From Candidatus Zambryskiibacteriota bacterium (lineage in GTDB: Bacteria; Patescibacteriota; Minisyncoccia; Phycocordibacterales; WO2-35-19): a stretch of 64,000 bases of DNA. The notes under the pieces are model-generated. The model searched no databases and was not told the DNA's origin. It worked only from the letters and a program-made list of their open reading frames with translations. Below, piece by piece: positions 1 to 8,355 of this stretch (positions are counted from its first letter, which is position 1; each line of letters begins with the position of its first letter). The stretch is taken from positions 27 to 64,026 of the forward strand of contig JASNZL010000008.1 in assembly GCA_048499675.1 (NCBI GenBank). Direction: 5' to 3'. Made by a program: the position numbers and the translations under genes.

Positions 1-242
1 TATTTGTATGTTTTTGTCAAAGCACCTGTGGCGCTGGTGTTTTTACAAGTGGAGACCCTGTCGGAGAATTGGAACCAGCTAGAGAGCTATTTTCGGGAAC
101 TACGAGTTGATCAGGAACGCTAATTTGGGCGATTTCAGCAATGAATTAGCAACAACACAGATCACGTGATGGATATTAACTAGAGAAAAGAAAAGAGCGC
201 CTGACGGTCGAAACCGTGGGCGCCCACGTAGTCGCTGAATCG

Positions 243-887
243 TTACTTGGTGACAAGCCAAGCTCGCGACCAGATACGATAGATCTGAAAGTAGTTGTTC
301 TCGACCATGAATCCGAAGCACAATTCTTCCTGTGCGAAGTTGCCATCACCGCCGAACAAACCGTTCAGTTTGCTGCCGCCGAAGCCAGTGCCGTACTTCT
401 TACGCTCGTTCTCCATAAAGCCCCACAGTGCGTCGGACATAGAAAGCGTCTGGTTTTTGAACGCAAGGTGTTCGATCTCGGTTATACCATCGAACATGTG
501 TCGAAGGGCGAACTTCGACACAATACGCATCTGTGCTAGATAGCCGTCGCGACCTGGACTCTCCGACTCCTGATAGAACACAGCGTAATCGTACCTTTCG
601 CGCTGATGCCACCGCGGGCGAACACCGGTGATGCTCATGAGAGCATCGAAGTCTGCACGTGGCACACTGTTGCCGAAGTGTAGAAATCCACCAATTTCAT
701 CCTGCGGCGGTGCCGACTTGAACGGATCAATCATTCCTCCCTGATATCCATACACGCCGTTTCCATGCGGCGCGAACTTAGTCAGATCGGCAGGGTTGAC
801 ACCCGTCTTATTGTTTGCAAATAGGGCGGGCGACACACTGAGTGCGCCGTTGACTCCCTCAAAAACTAATTGTACTGGTTTGCTCAC
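243..887 (-). CDS. hypothetical protein in a high-GC (~55-60% by eye) islet at the window edge; no family recognised
   Basis: 214-aa ORF with strongly different base composition from the flanking AT-rich DNA; no conserved motif recognised by eye. Confidence 0.4.
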   Translation of the reverse strand: MSKPVQLVFEGVNGALSVSPALFANNKTGVNPADLTKFAPHGNGVYGYQGGMIDPFKSAPPQDEIGGFLHFGNSVPRADFDALMSITGVRPRWHQRERYDYAVFYQESESPGRDGYLAQMRIVSKFALRHMFDGITEIEHLAFKNQTLSMSDALWGFMENERKKYGTGFGGSKLNGLFGGDGNFAQEELCFGFMVENNYFQIYRIWSRAWLVTK

Positions 888-2137
888 ATCAGCCTCCTAC
901 TTGGTTGATAAACGACAAAGAACTTGTTTAGTACATTACCTTAAAAAAGTATCTTGTCAAATTATAGAGACGGGGGGAATTAACCCAGAATCGTGGATAT
1001 TTTATAACACTTTGTGTTATAAAATATACTCACGTTCTTGGTTGAAGGAATTGGTCACGAGTATTTTGTTTGTCGTCACAAACAAAATCTCTCCTTCTTA
1101 CAGAAGCTGTCCACTCATTGGAATTTTTATTTCACATAGTTCATAAAAATTCTCAATGAGTCTTGCGCTTGGGTCCCACCCCAAGCTCACCCCGCCTCGC
1201 GGTGCTCCCGTCTCCACTTAAAAAACAAAAGCGTTTTGGGTGCTGATGTTTTGATAGGGAATTGGTCACGAGTATTTTGTTTGTCGTCACAAACAAAATC
1301 TCTCGACCCCAGCTCGCCTGTTTTTGTTGCTACAAAAACATGGCTCCGCTTTTCAATTCCCACGCACACCAAACTGTTGGTGTGCTCCCGTCTCCACTTA
1401 AAAAACAAAAGCGCCTGTGGCGCTAATGTTTTTACAAGTGGAGACGGGGGGAATTGAACCCCCGTGCATAAAAGGTTTGGAAATATATCTACATAGTATA
1501 GTTTGTTTTTCCGCATACGCGGATTCGATTCAAATTCTTTAAAACAAACAAAACAAATATGAATCTAACTCTTTATTTTCAAACAAAGGGCAGAGTATTC
1601 CTTTGCTTATAGTCCGAATTTATAACAATTTCTTTCTATAACAGACTTCAAGAGGAAACCGTCCACTTAGGCGAGCTTAAGCTCTAGCGTAAGCGAAGTC
1701 AAAGTCGCTCACCGCAAAATACGGAGAAACAACTTTTGCAAGAGTGTTTTTTGCACTTATGCTTTCTAACCTTTTTAAGAGTTATTAGAGCTCTACTATG
1801 CATATTTTCAAAGGACTTAAATGTCGATGCCTATCATCCCCGCCAAATTTGCCTGCGAGCAGAGCGAGTAGTTGCAAATTTGAGCGCTCCGACCGTAAGC
1901 GTCGGAGCCACCAGCCAAACTTAGCGCGGATTTTAGTTTTTTATTTCTTTATTTTAACCCACTAATTACTAATATTCACCTGCCCGCAATCGCTACGCTT
2001 AAGGCGTTGCAGGCGGGCTAATCTTACTAATCCAAAACTACAAAATTCAAATTTCATCTCATTTTTCTTTCTCCGTATCGTTGCCCGCTTTTATTATTAG
2101 TTATGATTAGCGTACATTAGCGGATTGGTGGGTAACT

Positions 2138-2581
2138 TTATAAACTTTTTAACTCCTTCCTTATCTCCCTCTCCGAATCTCTCTTTTTAATCGTCTCTCT
2201 TTTATCATATTTTTTCTTCCCTCTAACTACAGATATATCGAGTTTAAGCTTTCTACCCTTATTATACACCGAAAGTGGTATTATTGTCAACCCTTTTTGC
2301 TTCTCAAATTCAGCCAATTCTTTTATTTCCTTCTTATTTAGCAACAATTTTCTGTTTCTTTTGGAGTCGTATTCTTTTGGGGTGTTTGCTATCTGATATG
2401 GGGGTATGTCCATATTTATTACAAATGCTTCATTGCCCCTTATAGTAATATGAGCCCCCAAAAGGGAACCTTGTCCTTTTTTTAGCGACTTTACCTCAAA
2501 ACCCAATAACTCAATACCTGCCTCTATTTTTTCTAGAATTTCGTAGTCAAAATATGCTTTTTTATTCTGGATTAATGGCAT
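2138..2581 (-). CDS. smpB: SsrA-binding protein SmpB
   Basis: 147 aa; N-terminal KKAYFDYEILEKIEAGIEL...EVKSLK and basic C-terminal RGKKKYDKRETIKKR tail typical of SmpB. Confidence 0.85.
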   Translation of the reverse strand: MPLIQNKKAYFDYEILEKIEAGIELLGFEVKSLKKGQGSLLGAHITIRGNEAFVINMDIPPYQIANTPKEYDSKRNRKLLLNKKEIKELAEFEKQKGLTIIPLSVYNKGRKLKLDISVVRGKKKYDKRETIKKRDSEREIRKELKSL

Positions 2582-2631
2582 TTTACTCCAAATAAATCAT
2601 AGTAATGATAACATTTTTGTGTTAAAATTGA

Positions 2632-2686
2632 TAAACTTTATGAACTTTATGAACTTTATGAACTTTATAAACTTTATGAACTTTTT
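2632..2686. repeat. 9-bp tandem repeat (TGAACTTTA / TAAACTTTA) x6 in the divergent smpB/ftsH intergenic region
   Basis: directly visible head-to-tail copies ataaacttta tgaacttta tgaacttta tgaacttta taaacttta tgaactttt. Confidence 0.8.
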
Positions 2687-2700
2687 AACTTAACTTATTT

Positions 2701-4614
2701 ATGTCCAAAAATAAAAAAGAAGAAAAGAAGAAAATAACTTTAAAAAAAAGTCCGAATGGTGGATTTAAAAACTCTTTTTTTGGTAACTTTTTGATAAGTG
2801 TTCTTATATTATTTTTCGTAATATCTATTTACTCTTTACTATCAGAAAATAAAACAAAAGAAAAGGTAAGCATCTCAGAAGTGGCTCAATCTGTAAGAGC
2901 GGGTGAAATCAAAGAGATAGCTGTAAGAACAAATAATATTGAAGTGACTTATCTGGACGACACAATCAAAACATCTGTCAAAGAAACCAGTTCGAGCATT
3001 GCAGAAACTCTATCTTTTTATGGAGTAACAGAGGAAGTATTGAATAAAGTAAAAATTGAAGTATCGGAAGGTGGGGGATTTTGGTACTGGGTTCTAAACC
3101 TTTCACCGTTTCTTTTCCCAATCCTCTTTATTGGAGTCTTTTTTTGGTTGATGACACGACAAGTCAAAGGTGCTGGTATGCAAGCATTTTCATTTGGGCA
3201 ATCTAGAGCTCGTATGACAGATCCTCTCGATCAAAAACAGAGAGTAACATTTAAAGATGTAGCGGGTTGCAAAGAAGCAAAAGAAGAGTTGTCAGAAATA
3301 GTAGACTTCCTAAAAAATCCTAAGAAATTTTTTGAAATCGGTGCAAGAATTCCAAAAGGCATTCTTCTTATGGGAGCACCGGGAACAGGAAAAACTCTAC
3401 TTGCAAGAGCTGTCGCGGGCGAGGCTGGTGTAGCATTTTTCTCAATATCAGGCTCTGAGTTTGTTGAAATGTTCGTTGGGGTTGGTGCAAGCAGAGTGCG
3501 CGACCTTTTCCAAATCGCAAAAAAAGCAGCACCTGCAATTATATTTATGGATGAAATAGATGCCGTGGGAAGAATAAGAGGTGGAGGTACTGGAGGAGGA
3601 AACGACGAAAGAGAACAGACTCTAAATCAGATTTTGGTTGAGATGGATGGTTTTGAACCAACAGAAAAAGTTATCGTGATGGCAGCCACAAATAGGCCCG
3701 ACGTTTTAGACCCAGCACTTCTACGACCTGGGCGATTTGATAGGAGAGTAACGATTGATCTTCCTGATCGAAATGACAGAGAAGAGATACTAAAAATCCA
3801 CTCTCGAAGCAAACCTTTTGCAGAGGATGTTGATTTAAAACTTATTGCTGAAAGAACACCGGGATTTTCCGGAGCTGATTTATACTCCTTAATGAACGAG
3901 GGTGCCATACTTGCTGCGAGAGAAAACAGAAATAAAATTTCTCAATTTGACTTAATCCGCTCAATAGAAAAAGTGATGCTGGGGCCCGAAAGAAGAAGTC
4001 ATATACTTTCCAAAAAAGAAAAGGAGATAACGGCTTACCACGAAGCAGGGCACGCGCTGGTTGCCTCTCTATTACCTAATGCAGACCCTGTACACAAAAT
4101 TTCTATAATATCTCGAGGTAGAGCTGCTGGCTATACTTTGAAGCTCCCAATAGAAGACCGAAAACTACAATCAAGAAATGAATTTCTTGATGATATAGCA
4201 ATGTCTTTGGGTGGTTATGTAACGGAAAAGATAGTTTTTGGCGATCTTACCACTGGACCATCAAACGACCTTCAAGTCTCGACAGCAATGGCCCGAGATA
4301 TGGTCACAAAATATGGAATGTCAGAAAATTTGGGACCAATTGCTCTTGAAGGTAGTGGTGGTAAAGCGCTTTTTGGCAGAGGAATAAACGACAAAGAATA
4401 TTCAGAAGAGGTTGGAGCCCTTATAGATAAAGAAGTTTCAAAAATAATGAATGATGCCCACAACAAAGCAGTAAAAATTATTACCGAGCACAAGAACCTA
4501 CTTGATATAATCGCCAAACGACTTATTGAAGTCGAGAACATAGAGCGCGATGAATTTGAACAAATACTAATATCAAACGGAGTGCAACCAAAAAAAGCTG
4601 AACAAGTATCTTAG
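2701..4614 (+). CDS. ftsH: ATP-dependent zinc metalloprotease FtsH
   Basis: 637 aa; N-terminal TM segments, Walker [12 protein letters not shown] region, zinc motif HEAGHAL. Confidence 0.95.
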   Translation: MSKNKKEEKKKITLKKSPNGGFKNSFFGNFLISVLILFFVISIYSLLSENKTKEKVSISEVAQSVRAGEIKEIAVRTNNIEVTYLDDTIKTSVKETSSSIAETLSFYGVTEEVLNKVKIEVSEGGGFWYWVLNLSPFLFPILFIGVFFWLMTRQVKGAGMQAFSFGQSRARMTDPLDQKQRVTFKDVAGCKEAKEELSEIVDFLKNPKKFFEIGARIPKGILLMGAPGTGKTLLARAVAGEAGVAFFSISGSEFVEMFVGVGASRVRDLFQIAKKAAPAIIFMDEIDAVGRIRGGGTGGGNDEREQTLNQILVEMDGFEPTEKVIVMAATNRPDVLDPALLRPGRFDRRVTIDLPDRNDREEILKIHSRSKPFAEDVDLKLIAERTPGFSGADLYSLMNEGAILAARENRNKISQFDLIRSIEKVMLGPERRSHILSKKEKEITAYHEAGHALVASLLPNADPVHKISIISRGRAAGYTLKLPIEDRKLQSRNEFLDDIAMSLGGYVTEKIVFGDLTTGPSNDLQVSTAMARDMVTKYGMSENLGPIALEGSGGKALFGRGINDKEYSEEVGALIDKEVSKIMNDAHNKAVKIITEHKNLLDIIAKRLIEVENIERDEFEQILISNGVQPKKAEQVS

Positions 4615-4669
4615 TCTAATATATATTGTGTCTCTATGTAATTTGGGGTAATATTGTGATTACCCAAGA

Positions 4670-4745
4670 GCACGCGTAGCTCAGTTGGTAGAGCGCCGAG
4701 CTTATACCTCGGTGGCCGTAGGTTCGAGTCCTACCGCGTGCACCA
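4670..4745 (+). tRNA. tRNA-Ile, anticodon UAU (reads AUA)
   Basis: cloverleaf by hand: acceptor GCACGCG/CGCGTGC, D-arm GCTCAGTTGGTAGAGC, anticodon stem CCGAG/CTCGG with loop CTTATAC, T-arm GTAGGTTCGAGTCCTAC, encoded CCA. Confidence 0.75.
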
Positions 4746-4791
4746 CTTTGCCGAGTTCACGATGCAACAAGCACCACAATTTTTATAAATA

Positions 4792-4867
4792 GCCGCTGTA
4801 GTTAAATGGATTATAACAGTCCCGTCCTAAGGGATAGTTGAAGGTTCGATTCCTTCCGGTGGCACCA
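4792..4867 (+). tRNA. tRNA-Arg, anticodon CCU
   Basis: acceptor GCCGCTG/CGGTGGC (two G-U pairs), anticodon loop GTCCTAA, T-loop TTCGATT, encoded CCA. Confidence 0.7.
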
Positions 4868-4916
4868 ATTTAAAATTATATTTATAACACCGGCGCGCAT
4901 CCTTTTATGAAATAAA

Positions 4917-5056
4917 GGGGAGCAAGGAATCGAAGCCCGATTGAGATTTTTTAGGAACATGGTGAACTAAAAAATCCAATTGGGATACTGATTCTGCTTG
5001 CCCACTCGAAGCTTTAGCGAAGTTGGGTAAGAATCGATTCCTTCCGGTGGCACCCC
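4917..5056 (+). ncRNA. structured element with a tmRNA-like 5' motif and a copy of the tRNA-Arg 3' end; ssrA-like RNA or att-site remnant, unresolved
   Basis: 5' GGGGAGCAAGGAATCGAAGCCCG matches the tmRNA 5' consensus GGGGnnnnnnGGAUUCGAnnGGG. The 3' AATCGATTCCTTCCGGTGGCACC is 22/24 identical to the tRNA-Arg T-arm/acceptor. An internal long hairpin GATTGAGATTTTTTAG/CTAAAAAATCCAATTGGG is present. It is too short for tmRNA, no tag ORF is seen, and there is no G3-U70 pair. Confidence 0.25.
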
Positions 5057-5216
5057 GTAAAATTCGCTACGTCCCGTAAAAAGCAAAGCTTCACAGGATA
5101 AGCTCATCACGGGGCGAGCCACCTATACAAATCAAAAGCCCCGCACCGTATGGCGCAAGGCTTTTGATTAAGTGGGTCTTTTGACTAAAAGCTAGAAGCT
5201 CTTAGCTAAAAGCTAA

Positions 5217-5489
5217 TTATTTAACAGCGTCTTTCAAAGCTTTTGCTGCTCTGAATTTTGGAACATTCATAGCAGGAACATTTACCGACTCTCCAGTTCT
5301 TGGATTTCTAGCTGTTCTTGCAGCTCTTTTCTTTGTTGAGAAAATTCCAAGTCCTGCAATTGATACTTCTCCGCCTGATTTTAGAGTCTTAACGATAGAT
5401 TCTATCATTATTTCTACTACTTCTTCTGCTTGAACTTTTGTTCCTCCCAATTTTTCATGTACTGCATTTGCTAAATCTGCTTTATTCAT
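5217..5489 (-). CDS. hup: HU/IHF-family DNA-binding protein
   Basis: MNKADLANAV...GGEVSIAGLGIFSTKKRAARTARNPRTGESV is the classic HU fold signature; the start is taken at the internal ATG rather than the ORF-track start. Confidence 0.85.
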   Translation of the reverse strand: MNKADLANAVHEKLGGTKVQAEEVVEIMIESIVKTLKSGGEVSIAGLGIFSTKKRAARTARNPRTGESVNVPAMNVPKFRAAKALKDAVK

Positions 5490-5635
5490 TTTATTTTTTT
5501 TGTTAAAAAAATTTATAATTTCTCGACCCTCCACATTTTTAAACTGATGGTCTCGAGAGCCACCCGTTTTACCTCCGTAATAAGTATATATTTAATAATA
5601 TTTTTCGGCAATATCTTGACTATCTGACTGTGGAT

Positions 5636-5695
5636 ATGTAATGTAAAACAAAAAATTGCAATCTATTTGCAATTTTTTGTTTTACATTATCTAAT
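5636..5695. terminator. long near-perfect palindrome (~23-bp arms) between rplT 3' end and hup; likely bidirectional terminator
   Basis: TAATGTAAAACAAAAAATTGCAA tctat TTGCAATTTTTTGTTTTACATTA. Confidence 0.6.
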
Positions 5696-5706
5696 TGTAG
5701 GTTTAA

Positions 5707-6051
5707 TTATACAGTTTTGGACAGAATTCTTTTGAAAGATTCCTGATTGTCATTTGCTATTTCTGAAAGCATTTTTCTGTTAAGAATAATGTTCTTTTTC
5801 TTTAGTTCACCCATAAACTTGCTGTAGGATAGATTATTTTCCTCTAGCAACGCATTTATTCTTACATTCCAAAGTTTTCTCATGTCTCCCTTTTTGTCTC
5901 TTCTGTGTGCAAAAGCATAGTTACCGGCATGTGAGATTGCCTCATATGCCTGCTTTTCTTTCTTTGATCTTCCAAAACGATATCCTTTGACTTGTTTTAG
6001 GACGTTTTTTCTTGTTTTTAGAGCATTTACTCCTTTCTTTACTCTTGGCAT
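5707..6051 (-). CDS. rplT: 50S ribosomal protein L20
   Basis: MPRVKKGVNALKTRKNVLKQVKGYRFGRSK...AFAHRRDKK typical L20. Confidence 0.95.
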   Translation of the reverse strand: MPRVKKGVNALKTRKNVLKQVKGYRFGRSKKEKQAYEAISHAGNYAFAHRRDKKGDMRKLWNVRINALLEENNLSYSKFMGELKKKNIILNRKMLSEIANDNQESFKRILSKTV

Positions 6052-6091
6052 ATTAAAAATTAAAAATTAAAAAATCAAAATTAAAAATTGA

Positions 6092-6277
6092 TTATAGATT
6101 GTTTAGAAAACGTCCTCGATCTTTATTTTTCATAGTTATAGATCCAGCGCGACGCTTCTTCAATGTTGTATTTGTTCTATTTTTTGCATTAAAGTGGTTT
6201 TGACCAATTTTTCTAGTCACCAATTTACCGTTTTTAGTTACTTTAATACGCTTTGCGAATGATTTGTTCGTTTTCAT
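6092..6277 (-). CDS. rpmI: 50S ribosomal protein L35
   Basis: 61-aa basic protein MKTNKSFAKRIKVTKNGKLVTRK, positioned rpmI-rplT downstream of infC. Confidence 0.85.
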   Translation of the reverse strand: MKTNKSFAKRIKVTKNGKLVTRKIGQNHFNAKNRTNTTLKKRRAGSITMKNKDRGRFLNNL

Positions 6278-6373
6278 TTTAATGGTTATTACCTATGATT
6301 CTAGTTCTAAGAGAATAAAGGAAACAAAGGCTATTCTACACGAATTTGTTTTTATGTCAAATATAAATTGAGA

Positions 6374-6868
6374 TTATTTAGCTTTTTCTATAACAGCTGT
6401 CATTCCCTTTGGGCTCTTTTTTGGCTCTTCTGCAACCTTATATTCTATGGTTACCAACTTCAAAATTCTATCCATTCTTTCTTTTAAGAAGGTTTCGTTC
6501 ATATATTTGGTTCTTCCGGGGAGAAAGAGGTCTATCTTTACTCTATGACCCTCCTTGAGCCATTCTGAAGCTTTTTTGGCTTTAAGATTGAGGTCGTGCT
6601 CTCCTGTGCCCAATTTTACCTGAACTGACTTTACTTCAGTTGTATGAGCTTTTGCTTTAATAGCTTTTTGTTTTTTGCTTTCGGTATAAAGAAACTTTCC
6701 ATAATCTACTATTTTTGCAATAGGGGGATTAGTGTTTGGAGATATAAGTACCAAATCAAGACCAGCTCCTTCTGCTTTTGTCATCGCCTCGTTAAAACTC
6801 ATAACTCCAAAATTTTCTCCTTCTGGACCTATAATCCTCAAGGTCTCCTCTCTAATATTATTGTTTAC
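6374..6868 (-). CDS. infC: translation initiation factor IF-3; true start uncertain, probably a non-ATG codon near NNNIREETLRIIGPEG
   Basis: IREETLRIIGPEGENFGVMSFNEAMTKAEGAGLDLVLISPNTNPPIAKIVDYGKF and the C-domain; gene order infC-rpmI-rplT. Confidence 0.85.
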   Translation of the reverse strand, partial: VNNNIREETLRIIGPEGENFGVMSFNEAMTKAEGAGLDLVLISPNTNPPIAKIVDYGKFLYTESKKQKAIKAKAHTTEVKSVQVKLGTGEHDLNLKAKKASEWLKEGHRVKIDLFLPGRTKYMNETFLKERMDRILKLVTIEYKVAEEPKKSPKGMTAVIEKAK

Positions 6869-7041
6869 TCTGTATTTATACAAAAATTGTAAATTATTTC
6901 TAATAATATGATTATAGCATATTTTAGACAAAAAGTAAGGAGAGATGAAACAAGCGCAAAACACGAAGCGCTAAGCACTAAGCACTAAATTAGAAAGGAT
7001 TTTTAGCTCTAAACCAAGCGTGGTCGGGCGAAATCCTTTTG

Positions 7042-8061
7042 TTAGAAAGGATTTTTAGCCCCTCTAATCTCAAAGTGGAGGTGGGCCCCTGTAACTTTTC
7101 CTGTTTTACCAACAGTACCTATTACTTCACCTTGTTTAACGGTATCACCAGCAGAGACATAGTTTGCATTATTGTGCGAATACAAAGTCTGAGTACCATT
7201 TGAGTGTTTTATAACAATATAATTACCATAACCACCGTTCCAACCACCAGTTCTACTGATTATAACTTCACCATCAGCTGATGCCATTATAGGAGTGCCT
7301 ACCGGAGCAGCAATATCAACCGCATTATATCCATGTATTCCTTGAGATTTTCTGCCCCCAACAATCGGTCTCAAATAATATCCTACATACTCTTTCAAAC
7401 CACTTCCAGAAGAAACCGCCTTGGAACCAGAAGATACAGAAGAAGTAACTATAGGCACAACTTCACCATCAGGAATAATGACAACAGACCCTATTTCTAG
7501 TTTTTGATCACTACTTAGGTTATTGTAAGCAATTATTTCTTCTTTATCGCCTTTGTATTTCTTTGCTAAAGAATCAATCGTGTCTCCTTTTTCTACAGTA
7601 TGTCTAACTCCAGAAATTGGGAGAATGACCAACGTTTCTCCAACCTTTAGAGTATTTGATTTTAAATCATTACCCCATTTAATGGTGTTTACTGTCACAT
7701 TAAACATCTCTGCGATTTGTGACAAAGTATCTCCTTCGTGTACAACATAAACGCTAATCTGGTCACTTGTTGGTTTTGCATTTTGGGAACTTTTTGTTCC
7801 AGAAGGACCAACTTCTGCCACCAAAGCATCTCCTTCAACATTTATAGGCTCCGGCAGACCTTCAGAAAGGGGAGTTGCAACCGCAACCAAGAGTGCCATA
7901 TTTTGAATATTCTTCGCAGGGAGAACATTTTCAGCACTAACGTTTCGAGAAAACATATTGGCAATTGCACCTACCAGACCAGCAGAAACAGATATTGGCA
8001 ATACCAAAGCCAGCATAACTAGGACTGCTTTTTTAAGCGATATTCTATTTTTAGAAACCAC
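7042..8061 (-). CDS. LysM-domain M23 (LytM-like) peptidoglycan endopeptidase
   Basis: signal/TM N-terminus, two LysM-like segments (HEGDTLSQIAEMFNVTVNTIKWGNDL; VEKGDTIDSLAKKYKG...IAYNNL), C-terminal HxxxD/ HLHFEIR M23 motifs. Confidence 0.85.
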   Translation of the reverse strand: MVSKNRISLKKAVLVMLALVLPISVSAGLVGAIANMFSRNVSAENVLPAKNIQNMALLVAVATPLSEGLPEPINVEGDALVAEVGPSGTKSSQNAKPTSDQISVYVVHEGDTLSQIAEMFNVTVNTIKWGNDLKSNTLKVGETLVILPISGVRHTVEKGDTIDSLAKKYKGDKEEIIAYNNLSSDQKLEIGSVVIIPDGEVVPIVTSSVSSGSKAVSSGSGLKEYVGYYLRPIVGGRKSQGIHGYNAVDIAAPVGTPIMASADGEVIISRTGGWNGGYGNYIVIKHSNGTQTLYSHNNANYVSAGDTVKQGEVIGTVGKTGKVTGAHLHFEIRGAKNPF

Positions 8062-8355
8062 GAACCCAACAATTTTCCTTATAAAATAAGAGGTTTTGGG
8101 CAGTGGATCATTCGAGTTTGGTAAAATAGCTTTATGGTTAATTGTAATTCTGGAATTCTGTAATTAATGGCTCAACAAAGCCATTTTTTAGGATATCGGT
8201 AATAATTTCTAACAGGCTTAAGTATACCTGAAACACCCCTTTTTTCAACTTAGCGTGTGAATAAAATAATTTTGTATTTATAAAAAGTTATTGTGTTATT
8301 TTTATATTATTTTAGTAAATTAATGTTTTGAAGAATATTTTGTTAGAATGTTTTA

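Noticed and set aside
1195-1516. 109-aa ORF 1187-1516 and 73-aa ORF 1236-1457
   Set aside because: They lie entirely within the duplicated repeat/hairpin block, so the frames stay open only because of repeat structure.
3627-4541. Antisense ORFs inside ftsH (3627-3908, 4272-4541) and similar antisense or overlapping ORFs inside pcrA, the VirB6-like gene, polA, the PBP gene, pilB, the DUF2207-like gene and the GC-rich genes
   Set aside because: They are fully embedded in well-supported genes on the opposite strand or in another frame. They are low-complexity, which is typical of spurious ORFs.
4917-5056. Confident tmRNA (ssrA) call
   Set aside because: The 5' motif fits, but the element is only ~140 nt. 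No tag reading frame ending in ...AA-stop was found. The acceptor stem lacks the G3-U70 pair needed for alanylation. It is kept only as a low-confidence ncRNA.
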